From: Kudoa neothunni
Lineage: Eukaryota > Animalia > Cnidaria
DNA length: 64,000 nt
Direction of reading: 5' to 3'
NCBI GenBank assembly: GCA_964304625.1
Contig: OZ199839.1
Span: 3,133,223-3,197,222, forward strand
The translations under genes were made by a program, and so were the position numbers. Positions 37,071 through 50,000 of this stretch are shown piece after piece; within the stretch, counting starts at the first letter, position 1; the number at the start of each line of letters is the position of its first letter. The notes under the pieces were generated by a model. It was not told the DNA's origin. It searched no databases and worked only from the letters and a program-made list of their open reading frames with translations.

Positions 37071-38987
37071 AAACAAATATTAAACATAAAGAGGTAAAAT
37101 AAGTATTTGTGGTATTACTCAACTTCCAAAGATCCATTGTTATATAATATCCTGATTCCTTGTTTTCTATTACTTCCTCAACATAAATTTTTCAAGAAAA
37201 ACTATTTACTTCATTGAATAACCCCCAATAAAAGGGAAAGAAACCACCAACATATCTAGGAAGAAAAAATTAATCATATTCTGTATTGATGTAGAAATTG
37301 TATATTGATTTCTATTCTAAAAATGAATTTTAAAATATGATTTTATAAAAAAACCTTCAAATAACAACAAATTAAGAGCATTTAGTTTGAGTTTTGTTTG
37401 TTACGAAGAAGTATTAATATTCGACATTATTGGAATATAATAATTAAATTAATACTATATTCACCAAAATATTTGCTTTGAAACTTTAAAAAATAAAATA
37501 CGTATTTAATTTCGAAGCTGAACTTAAATTTTGGTCATAGAAACGTTACAATACTATTGTAAGTTTAATTAATTTAATTAAACCCTTAAATCAATGTTTT
37601 TCTTTCTTTGATTAATTAAAAATCAAGAAAAAAGTAATTTAAAAATAAAAAAATATAATATATTATACTTAACCTCAAATAAAAATCAATGTTGAAAATT
37701 AATATCAACTTGTACACAAATCACAGTTTTATTTATACTAATAATAGTGTGGCCAAAATGTATTTGATTTCCAATGATTATTTTCAATTATAAACTTTTT
37801 TTAGAAAATAAATAATTCAGTTATTTACTAATTTTCCAATTAATAACCACACTTTAAGTCCAGTTTAGGAGATAATTTATCAAATAACGCTCAACAATTG
37901 CCTCTAAGAATGTAGCGGTTTGACTGAAAAAATTCATAATACTAAAAATAATTATAATTTTTTAATTAAGATAAAATATGAATGAAAAAATGCTATGAGT
38001 ATGGAGAAAGTTTTCAGATTCCACATGCCAGAACAACAACCGTTAACAATGACGTATTGTGAAATATATTTCGATAGAACATAATGTAAAAATATATTTA
38101 ATATTTTAATGCATCACTTGAATTTAAATTTATATTCTTTCGTAGTGGAATTTAGAAACCAGGTGTTTACCAGGAGGATTATGCTATTGACTACATCGTC
38201 ATATATGAGATTAAGAGAAAAATTTATTTTTAAAATTTTTGAATAAATTCTGATACGCTCTAGACAAGAAGAGAATATACGATTATTTAAAACCGTCTCC
38301 GACGAAAAAAGTCGTAAAAAAAGCTAAAAAAGGGTGGAGTCACACGCTCCACAATAGCCCTTACAAGAGTTGTAATCTAGAAGGTAAATCCTACTTTTAC
38401 TTTAGGAATATGAGGATAAACCTGTATTTATTATTTCATTTTAATGTTCTAATCAATTTAGAATAGTACAATGCGCGCTATATTATTGATACCCATGAGA
38501 CATTTCGATCTTTAAAATAATTAATTTGGATCTCGTGGATGATACGTGAGTTCGCGTTTCATGTCGTATATAATTACTATTTGCTTTATAAAAATGATCG
38601 ATTTAATTTTCATTTTTTAAAGTAACAAATTATTTTAGGACGTATTTAATATATATTAAAAGTTGAATAAATCCGTTATTGAACATTTCAAATAAATCTG
38701 ACATAATCTGGTGTTTGTAAGTGTCAGATCAATTTTAATTAGATCGGATTATAAAAACATTAAGATCAACCAATTTATCATGATATAATAATTTAGTAAG
38801 CGTAGATTGATTTTCGATATTTTCTCATTACTTCGGCGATCAAATTATGCGCTAGATTGTATGAAATTAATCAATTCTGTCAGACTACGCCAAATCTGAA
38901 TTCGGGATCTCATCCCATTCGGTCGGTGTGGTTGCGCTATCCCCGGCTGTCTAAAACGTGACTTTTTCTTTAGTTAATTGAGTTTAT

Positions 38988-40277
38988 ATGTCTTATCTGA
39001 CTGAAAGCGCTAGCTTGCAGGTAAGTATAGCCACAACCGTATCTGGTTTTTTGCACAAGGTGTCTTCTGCAACCGATAGATGTGGTTAAAATTCGCCTTC
39101 AACTTCAACAATACTCACCAGATGTATGATTTTGTAGTGTATTATTATAAATAAATTGAAAGTTACATCAATTCTCACTCAGAAACTAAAATATACAAAT
39201 CCAATGCGATGTGTGGAGGCTATTGCCAGAGAAGAAGGAATAAAATCATTGTGGTAGGTTTTATTCGGGGGATCGAAGTGATAATAATACATCATTGATG
39301 TGTAAAGGAAAGGCCATTCGTCCGCTCAAATTTTATCGTTGGTTTATAACAATAGTTTTGTATTTTTTCCTATATTTAACTTTCACGTTAAAATGCGCTA
39401 ATGTTTGAAATTTAGTTTACATTATACAAATACACTTTTAATATTTTGTCAAAATGTGATTCCGATGGGATTCTATTTAATCAAAGTAGCCTTAAATAGG
39501 CGGTTATATTTCTCCAATAGGATAAATAAATATTTTCATATATTGTTAGAGGATTTTATTTCTGGATTTATGGCTGGTGCATTAGCTACGATAATTTCGC
39601 ATCCTGTCGATCTTGTGCGCACTAGAATGGTGACTCAGTACTCAGACAAAAAGGTTGTTACTTCGGTAGAAAAACAAACTAAATGTTACTAGATTTATAA
39701 CAACACATTCCAAGCATTCAGAAAAATATACATTCGAAATGGGCCTAAAGGTTTCTACAAAGGTTACTTTTTTATCTGATTACTAATACGGACTAAATTT
39801 GTAACACTGCGATGACTTTAGGACTTTCGGCGGCAGTTTCCGAGATTTCTTTTTTAAGTGGAGTCCAATTTTCTATTTATAATCGAGTCGAATATGCAGT
39901 CTTTAATAATTCTGATGAAGGCTTCTTCCCATATATAACCGAATTTTTTATCGGTGGAATATCTGGTGCCATCCCAAAAGTCGCCGTTATTCCTCTTACC
40001 ATAATCAAAAAACGAAAACAAGTTACCTACTACTGATGTGGTTAATTCAATGGGTTATGAATTGACGTAGACAAGCGGATTCGAATCCAACCTTATCTAT
40101 ATGGGTCAACAACAATATTATCGACTTTCGTTTGTGGATTGGATGAAACACTCCTTCAAACGAAGCGTTCTAAAACAAACTCTCTACGCTGGAACCTCAA
40201 CAACTATAGTCAAAGCTTTCATCAATAGTGCTTTAAATCTATCAATAATGAAAAAGAGTGTTGTTTCGAAGCGATAA
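38988..40277 (+). CDS. SLC25A19: Mitochondrial thiamine pyrophosphate carrier
   Basis: Motifs QPIDVVKIRLQLQ, EEGIKSLWKGHSSAQILS, SHPVDLVRTRMVTQ, GPKGFYKG and PLTIIKKRKQ. WKGH..AQ.LS is typical of SLC25A19. Short introns; extra T at ~39047-39052. 3' end approximate. Confidence 0.85.
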
Positions 40278-40612
40278 AGTTGAATAAACTTGGACTTCAC
40301 TTTATCTATGTTTGTCCATTATACACATAAAAGAGTGGTGTAGCTTTATGCGCAGAGCAGTAAATATTCTCGACCGATGTCTTTTTTGACTTGAGGCCAT
40401 GTTATTAATTGAAACAATCCTCGTTAAATTTTTTCTAGAGGCTCACGTTTTGATAAAAACCCTAGGAGTCTCTGATATTTAATAGTATTTACAGTGTTAA
40501 CGGAAATTAGGTGAAATTACAAATTTTATCCAGTATAATAATAGAATGAGTTATTTTAAATTAATGGAGGTAGACTATTTAACGCTATTTAAATATAACG
40601 GAGGGCATGAGG

Positions 40613-42048
40613 TGGGGTTGCCAGAGTTGACACAAGACTTACCAAAATGGTACGTATTCTCCCTAAATAAAGGTATTTGTACTTTTGGTGATAGGTCGAC
40701 ACAAGTTGGTACGTTTTAGGGTCAATGAGTTTCGATATAGAATTATTATAAATAAATGTCACATAATGAACTGTGTTAAAGACATGGTGCGAAGTATCCA
40801 CTCATATCGCTCAAAACGTCAAAATGAATTACAAAAATTATTTTGCATCGAGCCTCAGAAGATGTTGTATCCCTGCTGCATTAGATGGATGGTTCTTGCA
40901 ACGTTTCTCAAGGTCGGAACACCAGAAAATAGTGCTAAACCCGCACCTAAAATATTTGCACCTCTCTCCTAATCTATAAATAAAACGTACTTGGTTTTTT
41001 TAAGTTTCCTCTCTACCCATGGTCAATAAATTAAACGTTGAATTACAAGATGAGAGTTTTAGAGTTCTCAAGTTAAGCACTTCTTTTGACAATAGCATTA
41101 AAGTGATCTTAATTATTTATTGAGAAGAAGTATGATCAAAAATAACACTTTCTGAAGCATAAATTTTAGGGACCCCCTAATTTTATTCCTCGGGATAAGT
41201 ATTATTATGGACTGAAAGTAGAATCTTTTAAGTATGAAAATAGCATTGGAATAAGTACTCACGATCTTGTTCACTTTCTTATCAAAACTTTGGGATCCTT
41301 TTTGCTACTGACGAAACTGATATCTCAAAGGTTGTTTACCATTTCAAAGTTAATGTATTTACAATTATTTGAAGCAATAAATCCTGCAAATGTTAATGAA
41401 GGAAAGCCCCATTCCATTATAACCCTCTCAATGAGACTTCCAAATATTATTGCCGAAGATGAGCATTTATATTTGGATATTGAATAAATAGAACATAGTC
41501 TGGATAATAATGGATAATAAGCTGAAAAAGACCTAGAGAAATTTTGGTATGTGGTATTGAATCTATTGAATCAACAAAGTGGAGAAACGTCTAAGTATCC
41601 ATTAGTGTCAAAATTAAGGCTGTTTTTAGTTGCTTTGCCTCACTCATCTGGATCTGTGTAAAGATTAACCTCATTATTGAATGACATCAAAATTAAAAAA
41701 CAGAGATTTATTGGAGGATGAAACCATAAATGCTTTCCTGTATTCTGAATGTTTATTGAGAGATGCCAGTTGTATGAGATGGAATAAATCTGACCAAATA
41801 ATTAAAATGATTGAAAATATAAACCTATATGTTGAGAAGGGCGCTGAGAATGAATTAACATTTAATAAATAAACAGATCCTATCAACAATTTTTTCTGTT
41901 TCAATTAGTATTATGTTGCTTAAGTATTATTTTTGTACTATTTTTAACACATGATATTTTTTTTAATAATTTTAGTAAGATTATATATTTTTGGTATGTT
42001 TCTATTACATTATTTGGTACGATTTACAAAAATTGTCTGGCAACCCTG
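40613..42048 (+). mobile_element. hAT deletion derivative with hATC dimerisation-domain remnant
   Basis: TIR-like ends ggggttgccaga / tctggcaaccctg. Translation KFWYVV..KYPLVSKL..LVALPHSSGSV*RL.SLLNDIK..LLEDETINAFL. Confidence 0.8.
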
Positions 42049-42163
42049 CGTGATATTCCAAGTCAGATATTTTGCGCTGCATAAAAACTAATGTTTAAAA
42101 TGTAAAACTTTATGGTTATTGCCCATAGATAACTAGTTTCTTATTCTAATCTCGCGTCACACC

Positions 42164-42499
42164 TTCCATCATTTTAGTTATTTGGTCAGATTTATTCCAT
42201 CTCATACAACTGGCATCTCTCAATAAACATTCAGAATACAGGAAAGCAACTAAAAACAGCCTTAATTTTGACACTAATGGATACTTAGACGTTTCTCCAC
42301 TTTGTTGATTCAATAGATTCAATACCACATACCAAAATTTCTCTAGGTCTTTTTCAGCTTATTATCCATTATTATCCAGACTATGTTCTATTTATTCAAT
42401 ATCCAAATATAAATGCTCATCTTCGGCAATAATATTTGGAAGTCTCATTGAGAGGGTTATAATGGAATGGGGCTTTCCTTCATTAACATTTGAAGGATT
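42164..42499 (-). repeat. Inverted duplicate of 41380-41815 lacking 100 bp
   Basis: Near-identical reverse complement. Segment 41637-41736 is missing, bounded by the direct repeat tgcttt. Confidence 0.95.
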
Positions 42500-42963
42500 A
42501 GGCTTGCAAATTTCGGGACTAGCTAGTCCCGAAACCCAAAGAATTTTAAAAATTCTAGGTTTTCTGGGGAAAAGAATTATGGAAACAGTTCAATTTTTCA
42601 CCATATATTTATTTACAGCATGAAATACTATCACAGTGACGACTACGATGATCTTTTTCCGAATGCTCCAAATGCGTTTTTATTCACACATCAACTTCCA
42701 AATATGCAAAAAGCTGTGTCTTCTTTCACGTATGTTGAATGATGATCGTGGATGTAGAAAGATTATAAAAACAGGATCACCAAGTGAAAAAATACATTTA
42801 TTTTTGAGAAAAAGTGTTTATTAATTATTGATAAGAGAATTCATAAACATGCCCAAACAGAGCACAAAGGTAATCTAATAATGTTAATTACTTCTAATAA
42901 TAAATTGAGAACGAATAATACAAAAAATTAAAAAAAATCAAAATCTTGAAATTTGCAAGTCTA
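42499..42963. mobile_element. hAT-like MITE
   Basis: TIRs taggcttgcaaatttc / gaaatttgcaagtcta. A 24-bp perfect palindrome lies at 42511-42534. Confidence 0.65.
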
Positions 42964-43104
42964 TAAAGATGTAAGTACAAAAAAGAAATTTTAGAAAATA
43001 TATATTCGTACATTTTTGAGAAAAAAATTTAACAAATGTATAATAAAATAAAATATGGCAACCAGTTGTTTAAGCTGCTATATGGGAAGATGTCGCTCGT
43101 GAGA

Positions 43105-44166
43105 ATGTCAGAAAATCATGAGCAGAGAATTTGTATTAAATTCCGTGTAAAACTAGGGAAACGCAGTGAAAAAACTTATGTAATGATTCAACAAGAATTT
43201 TAGACAATTCAATGGGTAGAAGTAGAGTCTTTGAGTGGTATAAACGATTTATAGAATAAAGAAGGTAGAAATTCTATTGATAGTTTGGATAGTTCTGATC
43301 GAGCTTTAACTAGCAGAAATCATGAAAAGATTAATGATGTTAAGGATATGATCGATTTTGAACGTAGAATTGCGATTAGAGAAATCTCTAATGATATTGG
43401 AATATCTTTTGGATCATGTCAAGCTATTTTGACGGATGATTTTCGTATGAGAAGAGTTGCCGCTATATTTGTCCCGCGATTGCTCACTTCCGAACAAAAA
43501 GAATTGCTGCTTATAACTTCAAAAGATCTACTTCAACGCTCATAAATAGACGATGACTTTATGAATTTTATGGTAACAAGTGATGAAACCTGGGTTGATG
43601 GTTATTGTCCAGAAATAAAAGTTCAATGTTCTAATTGGAAAACATCATTGTCTTCCAGACCAAAGTAAGCCCGCCAAGTTCATGGTAAAATTAAGATATT
43701 ATTCACAGTGTTTTTCGATATCCAGGGGATAATTTATTATGAATATGTGTCTGAAGCTTCCACAGTTACAAGTGAGTATCACCTCATAGTTTTGCAAAAT
43801 TTAGGGAATGGTATTCGTCGTAAACGATCCCACATGAATTCCTATGGACGTTGGGTACTGCATCACGATAATTCTCCCTCACAGAAGTTATTGAAAATTC
43901 AAGATTTTTTAGTTAAGTTGAACGTTCCCCAGCTACATCATCCTCCATACTCACCAGATCTTGCTCCTTGAGGTTTCTTTCTCTTCCCAAAAATTAAATT
44001 CAAGCTTAAGGGAAGGAGGTTCCATTCCATTGAAGAAATAAAACAGACTGCAAAGGAGCAGCTTAAGACATTGAAAAAAATTGATATTTAGAATGCTTCC
44101 TTCAATGGAAGCAACGTTGGAAAACATGTATTGATGCGGACGGAGAGTATTTTAAGGGAGATTTAA
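43105..44166 (+). mobile_element. mariner (DD34D-type) transposase pseudogene
   Basis: Motifs EQRICIKF.VKLGK, FVPRLL, TSDETWV, HHDNSP, HPPYSPDLAP*GFFLFPK and GEYFKGD. Contains stops and frameshifts. Confidence 0.92.
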
Positions 44167-44193
44167 AAAAATATGTTAATTATTGTATTAATA

Positions 44194-44673
44194 CAATATT
44201 TCTCGATCAAGTTTCAATTCAATTGCATTTTACAGTATTATAGTGGGTGTAGAATAAAAAAATAAAATAGTGGGAACGCTCATTCAACATAATGAAAAAA
44301 TTATTGCAACCACATCCATGTTCGCCGTTTTTTATTTCCCTCAACTTAAATCCATTGTAAAAAGTAGATAGCCAACAAATCATGAAGACTTGATTTAATG
44401 TGTCGAGGAAAACCGGAATAAGATTTCATTGACATATTTCCAAAATTATTTAACACATCCAGAGTCTAATTTTTCTTCCGCTATTCAAAAGAAAAAAATT
44501 AACATTAGAATTATTTTGTAGCATACAGATGTTTAATTATTTTTTTTTCGTATCAATTCGAGAAAATTTTTAATTTCGCGAGAAATTTTCGTGTTATAAT
44601 GAACATTACTGCTGCTTAATCGAGTATAATTATAAAATATGCCAGCAACTTGCAACTTGATCGAGGAATACTG
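44194..44673. mobile_element. pogo-type MITE
   Basis: Ends TA-caatatttctcgatcaagtttcaa ... ttgcaacttgatcgaggaatactg-TA. Confidence 0.8.
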
Positions 44674-44887
44674 TATTATGCGTGCACGTATTACATGTTG
44701 ATTTTACGTGGCTGCATTTTGAACTTGAAATATTGTATGAAGAGAATAATTAATAACACTAAAATTCCTCCAAATGATTCAGATAAAATGACACGACGTA
44801 CGTGGAAAAATAAAAATTATAAAGTTATTCCTATTGTCATTTGTCTTATACCGGTGGTAAGAATGAATTAAAGAATATATTGTTGTA

Positions 44888-46908
44888 CAATGGGTGCCGG
44901 GCATTTGGGATCTATAGAATATCTAACGAAATAAAATAGCATAGAAGATAAAAACCTTAAAAAAGGTTGTCAATACGGTTTAAAACTTAAATTAATCATG
45001 TTAAACAACGTTTCAAGCAAAATTTAAGAATATAAATATGTTTTTAAGCGTTGATGGGTATTAGACACCTTTTTCGCCCGGGTTGGATAGTTAATAAATT
45101 ATGTGCAACACTTCAGTTTTGTAAAACATGGCTGAGAAAGAGTGTAAAAAGTGGTATTCAATTAAGGAAAAAAAGACATCATAAAGTTTTTCTAACAACA
45201 ACCACCTAGAAATGCCAAAAGCCAAACTGCGAAACATTTTAAATTTGCTTCATTATCGACACTAGATGGAATTTTAGCAAAAGGTCACGTATTATCAATT
45301 TTTATAGGAGCGGCTTAGTTAAAAAAAATTCTAATAAAAGGGAGATAATGTTGAAATCGACAATTGTGTATATGAGTGGGTCATTTGGATGGGACAAAAT
45401 AGATTGGAGCTTTCATCGCAACCGATTATCGATCATCGCAGTGAAATTGGCGAAGAATTCTGTAAAGATTCGAAAAATGTCCTTTACGGATGGTTTCGTC
45501 GTTTTAAAGATAGATTTAATATTAGAAGATTTAACTTTCTCGGAGATTCTAGCACCGTGAGCGATAATGTGTTTGACTGGAAAACCCAATTAGAATCTAT
45601 AATGAAGAATTACGAAAGAAAATCTTTAACTTGGATGAAACTGCCTTATTGTACCAACAACATCTAAGTAAAAGCTTTAAATTTGTTGGATCCGTATATT
45701 GTTACCATTTAACTTAAACTAAGTTAATTAATATTTCGATTTTTAAAGTTTAATTGTGTGATAAGTCGATTTATTAAGACTTCTCGATGAGATTTTATAG
45801 ATTCTATTTAGGACGAAGTTACATTTTGTCTAATGAGTCAAATCTTAAATGTATTAAACGGTCAAAAACAGAATAACACTATTATTTTGGAATTCCTTAA
45901 CTGGAGAAACATTTGAGCCAATAGTCGTGGGTCATCATAATCAACCAAGATGTTATGAAAATTTAAAACAAAACCCGATTTCTTATTATTCGAATAAAAA
46001 TGTTTGAATGACCACTGAAATCTTTGCCCAATATTTAATCAAACATAATCAAAAATTCAAAATCAAAAATATAAATGTTTTATTTTTTGTGGATAATGCG
46101 AGCTGTCACCCTCCATTAAGTCTTTCCAACATCACCATAATGTATTTCCCCCAAAACACTACCTTTTTACTTTAACCGATGGATCAGGATGTAATCCATT
46201 CATTCAAGCCAATTTATAAGAAAAATTTGATTGAAAAATGTACTTTTCACGTCAAAGATAACATTAATATAAAGCCCATTGATCTTTTGAATGCGGTGGT
46301 ATTGATGAATAAACCTTGGGAAAATGTCAAGCCCCAGACAATGTCAAATTGTTTTAAAAAGGCTGGTTTTATTCTCGAAGATAATAATGATGATATTTCA
46401 GACGATTTCTCCAAAAAATTAATCGATGTTGACCAGACTTGCAATGAGTTTATTTCGAAACAGTCATTTGATGAAGAAGATGGCACTGATCTGTTAGAAT
46501 CCATAATGGAGGAATCTTTGGATAGAGTGTCGGCAAGACACAAGAAAATTCAGTGATTCTTTCAGAGTCATCTTCTGAAAATGAAGAAAACAAAATTGAA
46601 AATATGTTGCACAATTCAAAAGAGGCATTGAAATGTTTTGAATACCTAAGGGCTATTTTATTCGATGTGGTTCTGATGTTTCGAATTCCCTTCATCGCCT
46701 TGAGTTAGAACTTTATAAGGCATCAGAAATAGCACGATTAAAAAAAATTAGATTATTTAAGTAGTTTTAAGTGGATTTTAAATTATTAATAAACACTTGT
46801 TTTTATAATGAACGTGCTCGCGTTACTGTGTGTCAAATTGCTAACATTGCTGGCAATTTGACACATTCCTCAGTCCCGTGGGGATTATGTACTACCTGTC
46901 ACCCACTG
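44888..46908 (+). mobile_element. pogo/Tigger transposon (decayed), transposase 45128-~46760 with an intron
   Basis: Ends TA-caatgggtgccggg / cctgtcacccactg-TA. Motifs GWFRRFKDRFNI, IFNLDETAL, RITLLF, FVDNASCHP, YFPPNTT..L*PMDQDVIHSFK and W.NVKPQTMSNCFKKAGF. Confidence 0.9.
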
Positions 46909-47063
46909 TATCTCCAAGTTTGAAAGCATTGGCGTAAACTTTAGATATATTTGAAAAAAATAATTGCATCCCGTTTTTCGATTATGCTTCAAAATAATTT
47001 GTTAAGTTGTTATTTTATAGATTTCAGTCATACGAATAATTTTTGTATATCATTAAAGGCACA

Positions 47064-50000
47064 ATGAAAATAAGTTTCGTTGTTGACGTCGTATTTATAG
47101 CTTTTCTCAGTATATCATATAGTCGAGCATCACCATACTTCGTTCGTTATCCATGAAAGGTGAAACTGTATGTAGCTTATTTAGTTACAATTCGACCATA
47201 TATCTATATGAATGGAGATCCGAATTTTTATTTAATGATCTACAGACTCGATCTAACTTGTTAGTGAGTTTTTCAATCATCCAGATTGACGTATCTTTTT
47301 TGATTCACACATTGTTAGGATTCCTCGTGATATTATGCTTTTTGCTTAACGTGTGACTTCAATAGCAAAATAAAAATTTCCTTAATTTAACAGATATGGT
47401 TTAATTTTTAATATATAATATTTTCCTGTTGGTGTATTTAAGGGGAATGCATTGAGTTAAATCTCAGATGGGTGTTTTCACCCGAGAATTGTAAGAGTGA
47501 ATATCGACATGTATTATATGATCGTGAGGATTTAGTTTAATTTGTCAATTATATTGAAATTGGTATAATTAGAAATAACAATGAGGTATTATTGATTCAC
47601 ATATAAACATATTATTTAATTTTCTATTAGCACCACGACGTAAATCAATTCAGTGAGCAACTTGATATCTTGGATAATTATTATCGATGAGATAATGTTA
47701 CTTTTTTCGTTAGTTACTACACTAGTAATTTTTGTTCCTGGTAACGTTTCTATATTAATTAAAAATATTTTTTTAATCTATCCCAACAAAATTTTTCAGA
47801 TATTTATGCAAATATATCTGTAAGACGTTGCAATATTAATTACACGTATAAACCTAGCTTGAATGTATTGGATGTTTGGTTGGAGCTTACACAACCATTA
47901 AAATACGTTGAAATTGGTTGGAAGTTAGTTGACTCATTGGAAGGAACCACCGTTCGATTATCTAGGAAAAGTCTGATAAAATGTGACACTGACAATATAT
48001 GTGGCATGTCGATTTACGACGTGAACAGGCTGAGATCATATTTTTTGTTTGTTGATACAGAGGTTTGTGTATCATATGGAGCGTTGAAAATATATCGACG
48101 TGAGTTTAGTTTTGTAAATTGCGTCGAAATGAAAATTACAATATTTTAGAACCTGAAAATAATGTTATCGATTATACAATTAACGGAGAATCGAGAATAA
48201 TTTTCAAAAGTGATTTATTTAATCACAAAAAATATATTTGTCACATTTTAATCAAAAATATTGTCTATCAATCTAATACTGAAACCAAATCTGAATCGAT
48301 TTATGGTTATTGTGACGAACCATCATACCAAATTCCACCTAATGCCATTACAATTAATTTATCAGTTCAAATGATGGATATGATTTATCCAACCGATTTA
48401 GTTATAAAAAGTGATACATAAACTCTTTTTAAGATTAATGATAATTTTTAGCCAATCATTTCAAGGAAAACTCACTTGTGTTTGATACAAAACCCACAGG
48501 AGAATTTCATATAATTTTGAATGGATTAGAAATTGAGCAAAATAACTTGTATATGATTGAAAATTACTTTACTGATCCAAAAGAACTTTATATGACTACA
48601 GAAGAAACTTTATGCTCTAAACAACCAGTTGAAGGTGATAAAATAAAGTTTACGTGCAGATCACCTCATGGTGACTTTCTTAATTTCAAATTGGAGAACG
48701 AAAACAGCAAAACTAATTTAATGCGTTCTACAAAATTTAGTATAGAAGCTTTTTTGTTTTTGTGTATAATAATATATTTTATAGTCGATAAGAGTCAATT
48801 TTTTAATGTGATAGAAGAATTTCATCGCTTTAAAATTGTTGCCAATAGTGGCACGACCATGCAGCAAGTAGAATATGTGTTGGATGAGTTATCCGACAAC
48901 AAATTGGTACGTAGATTCATTTGTAGAATAAAAAATAAAAGTGGATGTGTTGGATTGTTCATCGACAATATGATCATTTTTGAAAAAGATTTCCTCAAGT
49001 CATATAAACTGCTCTTGTCGTATGGAAGCTCCCATTGGGAAGTAACTTCCGAATGGAACTCATCACTGTTTAAGGTTCATTATGCTGTTGAAAAAAATAA
49101 AATGACTATTTGGTCAAATATACCTGAAGATTATCAAATCAGTTGTGTGTACACATTGGTGAGGGTTGACACTTTCTTGGATGGTTATAATAACGCTGGA
49201 ACATACGACACGTACGGATCTTTATCGCATGATGGCTATAAATCGTGCAACAACTATACAATCGATCTCTCCACGACTACGCCGAATTCGTTGCACATAT
49301 ATATCCCCCAAATGAATTATCTTTACACTATTAGAAATCTTTATGAAAAATTAAATTTTAATGTGGTGAGAAGTCAAGAGGGTATAAAAATAAATACCAA
49401 CTTCAACGATGAATATTGGTCTTACAAGTTTGTCAATAATGAGGAGATTCTAAATATGGAATATATGAATCGGAATAAAATGGTAACGGCTGATACATAC
49501 GTCAAATGTGATTCAAAAATTTCACTCCCTGAACCTGATATCGCCCCTACTGGACTATATCTTAAATTGGCGGTTCCTGGCAATATTTTCTATGTTGATT
49601 TATTCTACAGTATTTGATTTGGTTTTAGTGATCTGAATATTAAATTTCTTACTCATTATAAAATTAGACGATGAGAAACTAGATGCCAGTATTGATGATT
49701 CTACACCTAACATATTCAGTATCAATATCCAACTCCCTCTAGATAAAGATCTCATAAAGCATATCGTAGTATATCAGATTGATGGAGATAGACAAAAATC
49801 GCCTTATATATGTTTCAGATGTGAAAATGATTGTTCGGACAACCTAAAGATAGAAAATAATGTTGGCGTATTAAGCATAGGTTTGATATTTGCAAGAACT
49901 GTTTATCTAGAGATACTATTGAAGAATGATAGGACAATGAATAAAGTGCTCCACTTACGTATGAGAATATAAGCGTTTATTATATTTGTATGGTTGGATA

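Noticed and set aside
38860-38987. TPP riboswitch before the TPP carrier
   Set aside because: Lacks the conserved CUGAGA, AUACC and CUGAUC..UAAU..GCG core on either strand.
41637-41736. 100-bp gap in the inverted copy interpreted as a spliced-out intron (retrocopy)
   Set aside because: No GT/GC-AG boundaries in any register. It is bounded by 6-bp microhomology and removes conserved hATC coding sequence.
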